From the NCBI RefSeq assembly GCF_009914755.1, contig NC_060935.1: a stretch of 64,000 nucleotides of DNA. One strand, given 5' to 3'. The notes below the pieces were generated by a model. It made no database searches. It saw only the letters and a program-made list of their open reading frames with translations, and had not been told where the DNA came from. Shown piece after piece: positions 44,351 through 57,988 of this stretch. A program made the translations under genes and the position numbers. Every line of letters starts with the position of its first letter. Position 1 is the first letter of the stretch. The stretch is from the human T2T-CHM13v2.0 reference genome, Homo sapiens.

Positions 44351-47300
44351 GCAAAAAAAAAAAAATGTGACTGCAATGTGAGTAACACCTTTAGTTTAAA
44401 ATCGGATTTAGCTCCCTTCCTTTATTCATCAGGGTGAAGAAATTACCTTGTTACTCAAATACTAATAAGAGCACTTAGTAATTTATCTGTTATTCAAGTT
44501 ATTATGGAAAAAATATCTATAAAAAGGCTAACGTAACATTTAGGAGATTAGAGTTTTTAAAGTTCCCGTGTTAATATCATATTCATGTCATTATTTTAAA
44601 CTGGAATTCAAGCTCCAGATTTATGGGTTATATAGATACGCAGAATTAGAGTGGACAATTAATTTCTTCCTCTCTCTCTTGCTCATTCTATGTAGCAGCT
44701 AAAATTAACTCAGGGTCTTTTGTATACTATGTTGTAATTTATTTTAACAGCATCTTAACAAATTGATAGGTTTAGTAACCAAGTTACATATACACACAGA
44801 GGAAAATATGTACTCTGAATAAAAGTTTCTATTTATTGCCCATGTATCTAATACTATATAAATATATACACACACATATATAGACATATATATTCTCAAA
44901 TCATCATAACATTTTTGTAACATAAATTTTATTAATCTTATTTGTAAATGATAAAATTGGGGCTTATGAACTACAAATAACTTGCCTTAAGTCACAAATC
45001 AAAGATTTAAGATGTTTATTTAACTTCAAAGCTTGCATATTATCCATTAAAACATAATGCTTCTGCGAATTTCTTTTACAACTACGTCAAATAGCATTTG
45101 TTAGGATACAGGTAAGGCTTCCCTAAATTTATGTTTACCAGTAGTATTAGGGATTGGAAGAAATATAAAAATAGAAGGTGGAGCAGAATGGCAGACTGGA
45201 CTTGCTAAAATTCTACCTGCTAAAAAATACCTATATCTAGTATAAAATATATTTTATTATTTTGCTTGGTCCCAGATTTAAGGAAGCATGCAAAGTGTTC
45301 AAGAAATAGAACAGGAAGCTGATTCTTCAGCAGTAAGCCCTAAATTAGGTTTTTCTTGAAAGGCAAATACTTATATTAGCGCCATAACCAAGAGACTAAG
45401 CATTGGATTAGCTGCAGAGTAGGGAGGCTGAACCTGAGCCTCATGGATTGAACTCAGAAGGGTAATAAAATGACCCCAGTCTGCATTAAAACCAGGGTTC
45501 AAAAAAAATATAAAAGCAAATCCTCCCTGGAAAAAAACATCATAATGTTGGTTGTCTAGATTTTCCATAGATTAACATCTATGACTCTCAATTGAAGTGT
45601 ACCATACACTCAAGAAAATAAACTACTATGAATGAGAATCAGCCGAATAAACAATAAAGGTACATCTCCAAAGAATTCTGATGTTAGAATTTTCAGATAG
45701 ATAATAGAAAATAATTCTATACAAAATACATGAAGACATAAAAGAGTTAGAAAAATGAGCATGTAAAAAGAAATAACCAAAAATAATACCTAGGAGATTT
45801 GAAAGATACAAGATAGAACTTTCCTCATAAAATATGATTGATAAATAAAAACTGAATAAATGGGTTAGTTAGATCATATATAACTGAAGAGAAAGTTAAC
45901 AAACTGAAAAATGGATGTACAGAAATAGCACAAAATATAATACAGAGACAAGATGAAAACTATGAAAAAGAAAATAAGATTTATGAATGATAGAATAGCA
46001 GTTCTAACTATGTTTAATTGTATTCCCAGAAGGAGGATACAGAGATAATAGAAGAGAGACAATATATTGAGATATATTGTATATTAGTTAGTTTAGCCTG
46101 TGCTGTTGTAAAACAAACTCTATCCATCTCCATGGCATAAAAGTTTGCCATTAGTCAAGTGGATGCTCTCAGTTCTCTTCTTCTGTTCTTCATGTAGTGA
46201 GTTCAGTAATCTAAACTGCTTTGATCTTGACACTCTCTGCCACCTCTATCCAAAGTCTTCATGTTTGCTTCGAACAGAGATGAAAGAAATGGAGCAATAC
46301 ACAGGACTTTTCACCATCTCAATCTCGAGTGATACATATCTCTTCTGCTCACTTGTCATTGGCCAAAACAGTTCCAAAACCTTTACAAAAGTATGACAAT
46401 TAGACTGAAAGTAGATTTCTCAACAGCAACAATAAAAGTCAGCAGGGAATAAAATAACATATTTGAGGGCTGAGAGAAAATAATTTTTGACTTAGAATCG
46501 TGTTCTCAGAAAAAATATGCATCAAGATGGAAGGCAGATTAAGATATTTTCAGAATGCATATACATATATATTATTTAAATATAAAACCATAAATGAACT
46601 TATATTGAGGGACCTACCAAAGAATCTATTTCAGCAAGATAATAAATTTTCTCAGGAGGAATGCCCATGATGATTGTGGAACAGTGGTAAAAAAAAGAAA
46701 TTGGTAAATAAGTAGTGAAATCCAAACAGATATTTTTAAGTAAAATATCTAATTTATGGCATTTGAGAAAGGAAGAGAAATAAATTATTGGACAAAACTT
46801 TGCCTGTAAAATGAGAGATGATTGATCCAAATAATGTGTTATAAATATCCTTATATTGTTTGAGAGTGTAAATTATGATATTAACTTTAAACTGGAATAA
46901 GTTCGAATATAATGGTAAACCTCTGAGATAATCACCAAAGGAACAGAAAGAGAGGATATACCAGGAGAAGAAAATAATAAATTCAGAAAAATAAAGAAAC
47001 CCAATCAAAAAACTCAAGAGCTAGAAAGCAATAAAATAGAAAACACACACAAAAAATAAAAGCGATTGATTAGATAACACCTCACTTCCTCAGAATTTGT
47101 CTTAAATGATATTTTCAAGTACTTGTCAAAACATATTCATAGTAAAGAAATGGAAAAAGCCTACCAGTCTTAAATACTAATTAAAAGAACCTTAAGGAGC
47201 AATACTAAGATCAGACAAAACTGACTTTAAGAAAAATGGCAATTTTAGGTTATCAAAAAGATTACTGCATAGTGCTAAAAAGTTCATTTGAAATAGCAAA

Positions 47301-47553
47301 ATGAAACTAGTTTAAATGTGTGTGCATCCAAAGCAATGACATTAAAAAGATATAAATACAAAGCCAAAAGTTTGTTTCTTTAAAACATTAATAAAAAGTT
47401 TAATCTCTCTCAACATCAAGAATAAGGAAAAGTAAGAGATAATTAGTATTACAAATGAAAAGTAGTCATAACCCCAGAATTCATAGAGTCTGAAAAGATA
47501 AGAAAATAATGCAAACAACTTTATGCCAACAAAATTTATTTTTAAAAAGTCAT

Positions 47554-47837
47554 GGCCAGGCAGGGTGGTTCACGCCTGTAATACCAGTACTTTGAGAGGC
47601 TGAGGCAGCAGATCACTGGAGGTCAGGAGTTTGATACCAGCCTCGCCAATGTGGTGAAACCCCATCTATACTATAAATACAAAAATTAGCCGGGCATGGT
47701 GGCGCACGCCTATAATCCCAGCTACTTGGGAGGCTGAGGCAGGAGAATCGCTTGAACTTAGGAGGCGGAAGTTGCGGTGAGCCAAGATCGTGCCACTGCA
47801 CTCCAGACTGGGCGACAGTGAGACACCATCTCAAAAA
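47554..47837 (+). mobile_element. AluSx-like
   Basis: Full-length Alu with a short tail. Confidence 0.94.
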
Positions 47838-48249
47838 TTTTTTTTAAAATGGGAAGAAAAATATAACTTACTAACAGTTATTCAAGAATCAGATTCAATT
47901 ACCAATAAAGAAGTTCAATACATAGTTTAAAATCTTCTAACAAAGAAACCAACTGGCCCACTTGGTTTCACAAGTCTAGTGAAACTTCATGAAACAGATA
48001 AATATCCTTCACAAAACTCTTTAGAGAAGAGAAAAAAGTTTACAGACCATTCATTTTAATAGACTAGTGTAATATTTATAACAAAACACAAAGTGTGACA
48101 AATGTAAATCACAGACTAATCTTACTCATTAATATAGACCAACATTCTACAGAGTATCAGCAAATCCAGCCATATAAGCATGACAGTACATCATGAGTAA
48201 GTTTAGCTTATTTCAGAAATAACTTGTGTTCAACACTGAAATTGTTTAA

Positions 48250-48679
<430 letters not shown>

Positions 48680-48869
48680 AAGTATTTATTCTTAATATAT
48701 AAAATGTCTGAAGCATTCCCACTAGCACTGTTTCTATGCAACATTGTACTGGAAGTTCTAGAGGTACTATGTATACTAGCTAGTGAGGTAAGACAATAAA
48801 GAGGAAGTCAATGGTATAAGTAAGAATTAGAGATAAATCATAGATATGATTGTCACATAAAAAACTCTT

Positions 48870-49182
<313 letters not shown>

Positions 49183-50744
49183 TTATAGACAAATTATTAG
49201 AAATTGTAAGAAAGGTGGCAATATAGTTGTCTCTAAGATCAATATACTTAATTTCTATATATCATAATAAAGAGATAGAAAAGGAAACTTTGTAAGTATG
49301 TTACAATAGTTGCAATAAAAACATAAGATAACTAGGAATAAATCTAAGAAAGATATATAAGACCTATATTCATGAAACTTTTAAGCTTTGTCAAATGACT
49401 TTTTAAAGAAGAGCTAAATACATTAAGAGTTTTTCTAACTTAACAAATAGAGAAATTGATCTCATTACACTTTTGATCACTTTGGTAAATTATATTTTTC
49501 CAGACAATTTTCCATTTTGTATAGATTTTTAAATTTACTTGCGTTGAGTTATTAAAAGTAGCCTCTTGATTTTTAAAATTCTGTTTTGGTTACTTTTATA
49601 TTTTTTATTTTGTATCTTAAGTTTTGAAAATACATAAAATAACAAGAAAAATGAATCATCCTTTTTTAAGCATCATCTTTTTTATCATCATTCAATGTAT
49701 CTTATACTGGTGGCATATTGCCTTGGGAGAGCCCGTAAAGAAATTCAAAGTATCATAAAAACAAGAGCCTTGCTTCTTTGTAACCTCAGTCATCTACGTG
49801 TATCCTACTCTCTGGCCATACTCATATTATGGAAAATATTTTTTGCAAAATTAGGGATATACTTGGTAAAATTTTTATAAGTACATCTTTTTTATCCAGT
49901 GAAATACTGAAAAATTTATATTTCACTGAACCAACACTCTTCAGACTTTGCTCATTAGGGTGTAGATGTCTCACATTGGCAATTGAAAACAGAATTGAAA
50001 TGGAATAGGAAACCAATTTAAATAAATTCATAGAAGCAATTCTTTTCTAATATAAAAGTTATTTTCTTAAAGGGAGGAAACTTCAAGTTTAAGAATGACT
50101 TCTTATAAGAGAACATGGAAGAAGCCCTTCCTATTATAGTCACAACAAACAGATTTGATTTCCTCCACCAAAAAAAATATGTCTCAAAATTAGGCTCATC
50201 AAATCTATCCGAATGGTATATTTTTCAAAAGAAAACTTGTCATCGAATGGTCATGCACATTCAATGCTTCTGAAAGCAGTGCTCCCCAATGTAAGCATAG
50301 CTTTCATACTGAATATAACGTTACAGTGTTTATCTTTTTCCTAGGAACTTCAGCAAACAAGTCAGAAAAGAAAATCTCTCTATTCCCAACAGGTATCCCT
50401 TATTGTGTAAACTTTGTGTATGCCCAACTTTAAAGGACTGCAGCTAGACAGAGGTGAACATGCATAACATTGTTCTAAATTTCATGTGTATACACAGAAA
50501 TATTCAGCATGACTGCATAGGTGCTTCTGCCTGGCTGGTAGACATTAGAAAGAATGTTAGTGGTGTCCAGTGCATAATAACAGTATCACCAATGCATGCG
50601 CCAGCAATATTCTTGCTCTAACTAATATCTAAGCAGCAATGAATGGGCTTAGTGATGTCTAATACAGCCTTAGAGAATGATCAAGAACATGTATACAGAA
50701 AGCAAATAATAAAAGTACAACTAGTACTCATGATAACATCTATG

Positions 50745-50965
50745 TAATAACAGATTTCTGTATGCCAGGTGCTGTGCCGAACACTTTAAATATATTATTC
50801 CACTTAATTTAGTAAATCCCTTATAAGGTAAATATTTTCATCCCCATTTACATATGACCAAAAAAACAAAGTTTAGAATGGCTAAGTAATTTGCTCTAGG
50901 TCATATTGCTAGTCCCTAGCAGAGGATTCAAAGGCATTATATCTGTCTGCCTATAAGCATGTGCC
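50745..50965 (-). mobile_element. MIR
   Basis: TATGCCAGGTGCTGTGC...ATCCCCATTTTACA...AAGTAATTTGCTCTAGGTCA. Confidence 0.75.
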
Positions 50966-51129
50966 ACTATGCAGCACTGATTTTTAAAATATATGCATAG
51001 ACAAATAAGCAGAACAACAGGAAAGAAAACCAGAATGGGGAAATTGATCAAGGATATACATTTTTTATATCACACTGTATAGTACAAATCTGGACACACA
51101 GTTTTAGTGAAGTGAATGTCTATCAATTA

Positions 51130-51232
51130 TGTCTCTCCTCTCTCTCTCTCTCTCCCATTTATTTATCTATTATCCACCTGTCTTTTTGTCATCTTTATTA
51201 TCTGTCTTCCTATCTACTTAGCTATCTATTTT
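51130..51232. repeat. (CT)n / (TCTA)n degenerate simple repeat
   Basis: CT run followed by decayed CTAT units. Confidence 0.7.
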
Positions 51233-51664
51233 TGCCTACCCAGCATCTCTTCTTTACAAAATCACGGCATGAACATATTAGGCAGCCTGTCTAATCAGGG
51301 TACCTCACTATCCTAGCACAGTGATTCAACCAGTGATAGGCACATGTCCCAAGAAGGGCCAGAGTCTTTTGGTAGGATCAGTCTGGACACAGAGGAATAG
51401 AAGTATCCTGACATATCTGAGACCATAATTGCTAAAGGCTACATAAATATGGAACTGCCATGAGCTGTTTTTGCTGCCCAGAAAGAAAGCTTGCTTAGAC
51501 ATGAGGCAAACCAAGAGACTACGGATGGACTAAATAAAAAGGTCTCATGATATAATTTTAATTCTGAGAGCCAGCTGTGTAGAGAGTTCATGCCACCCCT
51601 TAGTTATTCAGGTAGAATAAGTCAAAATATGTTTTTTTTAAAAAATGTAATTTGAATCAGCTTC

Positions 51665-52042
51665 TGATATGGTTTGAATTTGTGTCCCCGCCCAAATCTT
51701 GTATCCAACTGTAATCCCCAGTGTTACAGGAGTAGCCTGGCAGGAGGTGGTTAGATCACGGGGGCAGACTTCCCCTTGCTGTTCTTTTGACAGTGAGTGA
51801 GTTCTCTCGAGATCTGGTTGTTTAAAAGTGTGTAGCAGCTCCCCCTTTGCTCCCTTCCTACTTCTCCAGCCATGTAAGATGTGCCTGTTTCCCCTTCACC
51901 TTCTTCTATAATTGTAAGTTTTCTGAGGCTTCCCCAGCCATGCTTCTTGTACAGTTGCAGAACTGTGAGTCAATTAAACTCCTTTTCTTTATTAATTACC
52001 CAGTCTTAGGTAGTTATAGCAGTGCAAGAACAGACTAATACA
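51665..52042 (+). mobile_element. MaLR solo LTR (MSTA/THE1D-like), inserted at the end of an older MLT1-like element
   Basis: TGATATGGTTTG...CCCAAATCT...AATTAAAC...GACTAATACA; perfect TSD GCTTC at 51660-51664 and 52043-52047. Confidence 0.88.
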
Positions 52043-55000
52043 GCTTCTCTCTAAGGCAAAGAGCACTGTCTCATTTCCATTTAAACTATGTCCTTTTATA
52101 TTTTTCTGAAGATTTCATACTCTTTCTTCTCCACTTTTTTTGTATGCTCTTTCTGCATTGTTAGTCTTCAATCTCCCTTTTGGCAAAGATGAGTAATGTA
52201 GTGCATCCATGGACAAACAATTTTGGTGCCTTTTAATGCAAGGTAATACATGCTAGTTATCAGATGACATTCCATCTGTATGCTGGAGAATAAATAGTAC
52301 CGTAAAATTAGGTTGTTTTCGTCCCAAATATCAGGCCACAAAGATATAAACATTAAAATCTGAAATGCAAATGCATTATAGCAAATTCAGTCAAAACACG
52401 TTTGAGCCTGCTCTAGCTATGATCATCACATAAGCCTAGTTTAATTCCTTTAGGCTGCTATAACAGTATTTCATAAACACCTATTCCAGAATTCCCAAGA
52501 GTTGCACATTTCTCTATGTGGTATTCACTTGAGGAATCTCTGATATATAATATAATCTTTGATAATCAACTGATGCCTCAGCTGAGTTAATGTCTTTATC
52601 AGTATGATTTAAATTAACTTTAACATTTTAGTGGCAAATTCAGTATAGTATTTGGCTGCTTTATTAATAAATATTTGTCAAATGATGTATATGTGTATAT
52701 ACTAGTGGAATGAAAAGTATATCCCTGCTGCATGCTTTCTGTAATATAAGAGATATATACTAGCCATTATTGTGAACACAAGGACTATTATTTCACTCTA
52801 GATGAAAATTACATCTGTAGAATTATGAGGTGTGTTATGTAAAGCTCTCAATGAAACATACAAACAGGATGCCTAGTGAGTATTGGTTCTTAATTAGATA
52901 CACAAATATTAAGAGATTGTTGAGTAATTAAATAAGAAAACTGTAAATACCATGTACAGTGCTTCACACTGCAAGTTTTTCTTGGATGCAGCTAGAGTGA
53001 GTCGAGAAGGGAATAAATCTTAAGATGTTTTGAAGGAGGAATTTTTTTTCATAAATCAGATTAGGAAATACAAGTTTTTAGTTTTGAAGAAAAGTTGGTT
53101 CAATTTACTTAAAATTAGGAAAGTAGTTCCTGTACAAGAAAGGAATACCTTCCTTTTGGGAAAAGCCAAATAGGACTAATCATTGGTGAACTTAGGAAAC
53201 AAACTCTCAAACCCTCAATTTTAATTACATATAAAAACAATTTATTTAGAGATTGTTACTAAAGTGCTTCCAAATTGCCTAAGCAAGTTGAAAGTAATTT
53301 CAGTAAAAGTGACTTTGTGGGTCATTTCTGAAGAATTGCTTTGAGAACAATGACGATAAGATGGAAATCCATCTGGCAGAAGGGCATGTGGAATACAGGT
53401 AAGATACGAAAATTGTTCTGGGAAAATCCTTCAGCTTTTAATCTCACTGGGTTTCAATTCACAGAAGTTGATGGAAGCTTCACTCCTTACAGAGTAGCTG
53501 AGTGGATTTCTTTAGCACAAGTGAAGGACACCAAAGACTTTCAATTCAAGGCATGTAGAAGAGATATTATTTGATATGCAAGATATTGTAATTCATATAT
53601 GGTTTTTAAGTTACATAACTTTTAGCTTCCAGAATTTTTCTAAGAATGAAGACTTTACTTTTCTAATAAATCAAAAATGTTGTTTTTATTGTCCATGTAT
53701 TTTCTCTAAAACTTTGCTGTTTAGGGTTCAAGACAACTAAATAAATGAAGAAATAAAGCATATTTTAAACAGCCTTGTCAGGTATGCCCCACCACCTAGC
53801 CTCCCACTGACATTTCCATTACCTGGAATGTATAAAGAAAAGAGTAGTTGAGCTCTTCAGAGATTAAATGGTATATAAATAGCAATGTTATAGAAGGGAA
53901 ATTGGAAAGTCGAAGAGAATATGAATTTGAAATATGTGTATTGACTTGATCTATGAGCACATTTTAGAATAATAAATATTCCTGTGATAGTTAGCAACTT
54001 TATGCGGATAGCACCACAGAGAAGAAAAGCAATCATTCAAAGCAGCTGAGGAGAAAGCAGATCATAAGTCAGAAGATAGAACTTTAAAATGAAAATTTCC
54101 CACTAAACAGTGAAGGTAGAAATTGTTCTTTTCAGTGACCCTGAGTTTAACCACACAGACGCCCATCTAAAACAATCACATTAAATATCAACACCAGATT
54201 ATATGAACAGGAACATCACTGATTGACATCAAGACTAAAGAATAACCCCTTCAAAATGTCTATAGAGTTTGGAAAAATACATTTTCCTCAGCTCCCTGTT
54301 TCCACCAACCCTTTGGTTGTTATGTAGATTGGTATAAAAATTTTTGGCTTATGAAATTGACTAAAAATAGATTAATTTTGTACAATTTATATGGAAGTAA
54401 ACAAAAATTTTAAAGGAATAATTTGATGATATGTTTAATAAATAAAAGAACAATTTCACTGAATATACTAGTATCTCCCAAAAAGCATCCTTTTGAACAC
54501 ACACAGTCTCAGTAATGGTTGGTATATATTTTGTTTTATCCATTGATATGTTCATTAGAGTCCTGAGAGAATTCATTAGCTAAAGAAACAATTCAGCAAA
54601 TGTCTTTGTAAAGTGAGGAATTACTTCACATTCTTATGTGTCACAAAATTTTTATAAGAGTTTTTCTTCAAGTCAAGTAGAACTATAGTGTCATTGTAGC
54701 TGATGAGACATGAAGATGAAACAATATGGTTGATTATATTTAATAATGTGTGTTAAACAGGAATGTGAAACTTGGATGTTTAATTGATATCAGAAAATAG
54801 CAATTATCTGTAGCCAAAATGTTTTTTCTCCTGTGAAATACATTGTGCTGTATTACATTTACATTTTTAGAAATTTTCTTCTAGTGTCTTTGTACTCATT
54901 TGTTTAATTTGGAAAATATATGAGTATAAGGGAAACTTGGAAAAATAGTACGAGGTATATATACCATATACCCTTACCTAGATTCATCATTAACATTTTG

Positions 55001-55116
55001 CCATAGTTGCTTGTGTTTTCTCTCTCTCTGAATTATGTTTATTATTATTTTAAGCTGAAAATAAAATTTGGCCAGTGGGATCCTAATTACATACTAGGAT
55101 CTGTGTACATGTACAT

Positions 55117-55145
55117 GCACACACACACACACACATACACACACT
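55117..55145. repeat. (CA)n microsatellite
   Basis: CA run with one TA interruption. Confidence 0.88.
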
Positions 55146-57477
55146 TTTTTTCCCAACCATTTGAAAGTAAGAATCTGACTTCATGGCATTTTATCCCTAA
55201 ATATGTCAACAGATACTAACAATCAGATATTCTTCAACAGAATAGAAGCACCATCATTACAGCCAAAATAAAACCCTCAGTAATATTATCTAATATGAAG
55301 CCTATATTTAAGCTTTCTCAATTGTCTTCAAAACATTTGTTATGGCTTTATAAATTTTCATAATAGTAAAAATTTTTTGAGCCAAACTGGCTATCTTGAA
55401 GAATGTTCCACATTTCAAATTGGTCTGATTGCTTTCTTATGATGAGCTCCAGGTTGAATGTGATTGGCAAAAATACTTCTCATGGAGTGAGCACTTAAAG
55501 AGACACAAATGTCAGGCTGTCTCATTATTAGTGATACCAAGGTTTATCATTTGGTTAGGATTTGTGCTACACATGTATTTCTTTTCTTATAAAGATCAGT
55601 TTTTGTTTTTTCATAAGTTACAAGCTATCTATTTGGTAACATTTTCAGATTGAATTAATAACGTACATGCCAATAACTTCATCCAGTGTTGTGTGTATGT
55701 GTGTGCTAATTTGGATTCATGGATTCTTTTTTTTTAAATTTTATTATTCTTTTGGATGCTTAAAATACTCCATAGCTGGCCTGTGAAAATCCCTTCAGAT
55801 GGGCTTCCATGTTGTTTTAACATGACTTCATTTGTTTTCGAATATTTTCTTGTCTTCTGGCATAACAATATGTCCTAGGCTCATCTTGTACTTTCCCTGA
55901 CCCAAATCTGTCATTTTTCTAAGAGGACTTGACTTTGGTTGGAAATGAAATATAGAAACCAAGATGTGGGCTCTTTGTGTGCTTATTGTTAACGAGTTAT
56001 CAGGGCTCCTAGGCATTTCAGTGAACAGAGGTAGAACATATGTATACACACATACATATATATTTTTAAATTGTGGATTTACTGTGTTTAGCAGTGGTTG
56101 AGTACAGGGGAGGAACTAACTAAAAAGGAAAAACAAGGGTATTTGAAAAAACTATTCTGTATCTTGATGATGGTGGTGGTTATATAAGTTTATGTATATA
56201 AACATAAAAAACGTATGAGTTCATACTCATACATTAAATTCAAGTCCAACTCCAATTAGATCTCTCCTCACTTTTCTTTATTTCAAAGTTGTATCTCCCT
56301 TCCCCATTGAAAACCCTGGTTCTCAACACCACCAGTATATTTACTTATATGCTCTCCCTTACAGCAAATATAAAATAGATTAAAACAGTTTCAAATTTCA
56401 ACATCAATGTAACTACCAACGATGGCAAATTTAGTAAGTAAAATTTAAGATTTTTTGCATTCCTTTTAAATGTCACAGTAGATCCAGTTAATGGGTAAAG
56501 TTTATGTACTGTGTTCAAAAGTCACTTGGATTACTTTATATGACTAAGAAAACCACATAATAAAACTCTATGTTTTTACAAATATACAGTGAGTTTCATA
56601 TGCATTCAATTTCATGGTTTGCTTCTTTACATTATAATTTTGTTGAACATGTAAAACCTTTTCCTGGTTCAAAAATGAAAAATAGTAGAAGAGAAACCAT
56701 ATTCCCATCCAGTCTCCTACATTCTATTTCAATTTTGTTTGCAAAAATAAGCATATATTTTTATTTCTTCTTTCTTGCCCAAATGTTAGTACATCATAAA
56801 TACTCTTTTGAACCATGCTTTATTCATTAACACTATATTCATACAAATATTCCTCATTCCTCTTCACCGTATTGCGTGAATGTGCCAAAAATATTCAACC
56901 AGTCTCCAATGGACATTAATTTCTCATCTTTTACTGTGATGTACATTGCCCCAGAGAATGCCCCAGAGAATAATCTGGTGACATGTTTTGTATTTAAGGA
57001 GGTTTACTTATAAAGTACATCCCTAGATGTAAGAAGGCTAAGTTAAATGGTAAATACATATATAATTTTGTCACGTATTACTAAATTCCTCTGCAGAGCA
57101 GATGTACCATTTTATCCTCCTACCACCAATGGAGGTGCTGAGAGATCTGTTTTCTCACAATCCCACAGGCTCACCAAAGGAGTGTATTATCAATTTTAGC
57201 TAATCCTATATGTGAGAAATTATAGCTTAGTGCAGTTTTAATTTCTGTTTCTCTTATGCGTAAAGCTGAGTATATTTCTATATGTTTAGTACCGATTTTA
57301 ATGCATTTTTCCATTCATATTTTTGTTTAATGTTCAGTGGAGATTATAGCCTTTTTTACCTTGATTTTAAGATATCTTTAAGAATTAAAGCGATTCATCT
57401 AATTATGAATAGATTGTAAATATTCTCTCATTTTTAATTTTGACTTAATATTTTATGCAATGATGTTTCTTATTGCC

Positions 57478-57737
57478 TATTATTGAATATAAATAATTTT
57501 TTTATTTCTACAAGGTAGAATTTATAAAATTTTCTTATTTTTTTCTCAACTTTTAATCAAATTAGAAATACTTTTCCCTCAACCACACTTAGGTTAAAAA
57601 GGATTCTTATTTAATGAATAACCTAAGTGTGGTTGAGGGAAAAGTATTTCTAATTTGATTAAAAGTTGAGAAAAAAATAAGAAAATTTTATAAATTCTAC
57701 CTTGTAGAAATAAAAAAATTATTTATATTCAATAATA
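57478..57737. repeat. Perfect inverted repeat: 119-bp arms, 22-bp spacer
   Basis: 57478-57596 is the exact reverse complement of 57619-57737 (checked by eye, including homopolymer lengths). Confidence 0.96.
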
Positions 57738-57988
57738 TGCAATGTGCACAGAATTTACCGTGCTTGAATATGTTGGCACAGAAGCCATTTTCCCTGTCTA
57801 AATATTGTCTGTTTTCTCCCTTAGTGATAGCATTAGAAGCAACAACAAAAACAACTTAGAACAGTTCTGTACCTTGTCTAACCCAAATGAGAGACAGCAC
57901 AGAATAATAAGCTTTATGTTATTTCCATAGACGTTATGTAAATCTGATCCATATTAAATAAAGTCACCCCATTTTCAAAAAAAAAAAA
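57613..57988 (+). pseudogene. L1-mediated polyadenylated insertion (inverted flank copy plus about 240 bp of non-repeat cargo)
   Basis: AATAAA at 57957-57962; A12 at 57977-57988; TSD AAAAAGG(A/T)TTCTTATTT at 57596-57612 and 57984-58000; TT|AAAAA endonuclease site at 57595/57596. Confidence 0.88.

Noticed and set aside
53341-53574. 77-aa plus-strand ORF containing a CAG|GTAAGA donor
   Set aside because: TTG start, no recognisable protein, and no clear matching acceptor.
56947-56971. 12-bp tandem duplication TGCCCCAGAGAA
   Set aside because: Ordinary micro-duplication within L1M.
57478-57737. MITE or DNA-transposon terminal inverted repeats
   Set aside because: The left arm is host L1M sequence, there is no TSD outside the arms, and the spacer contains the TSD of a poly(A) insertion.
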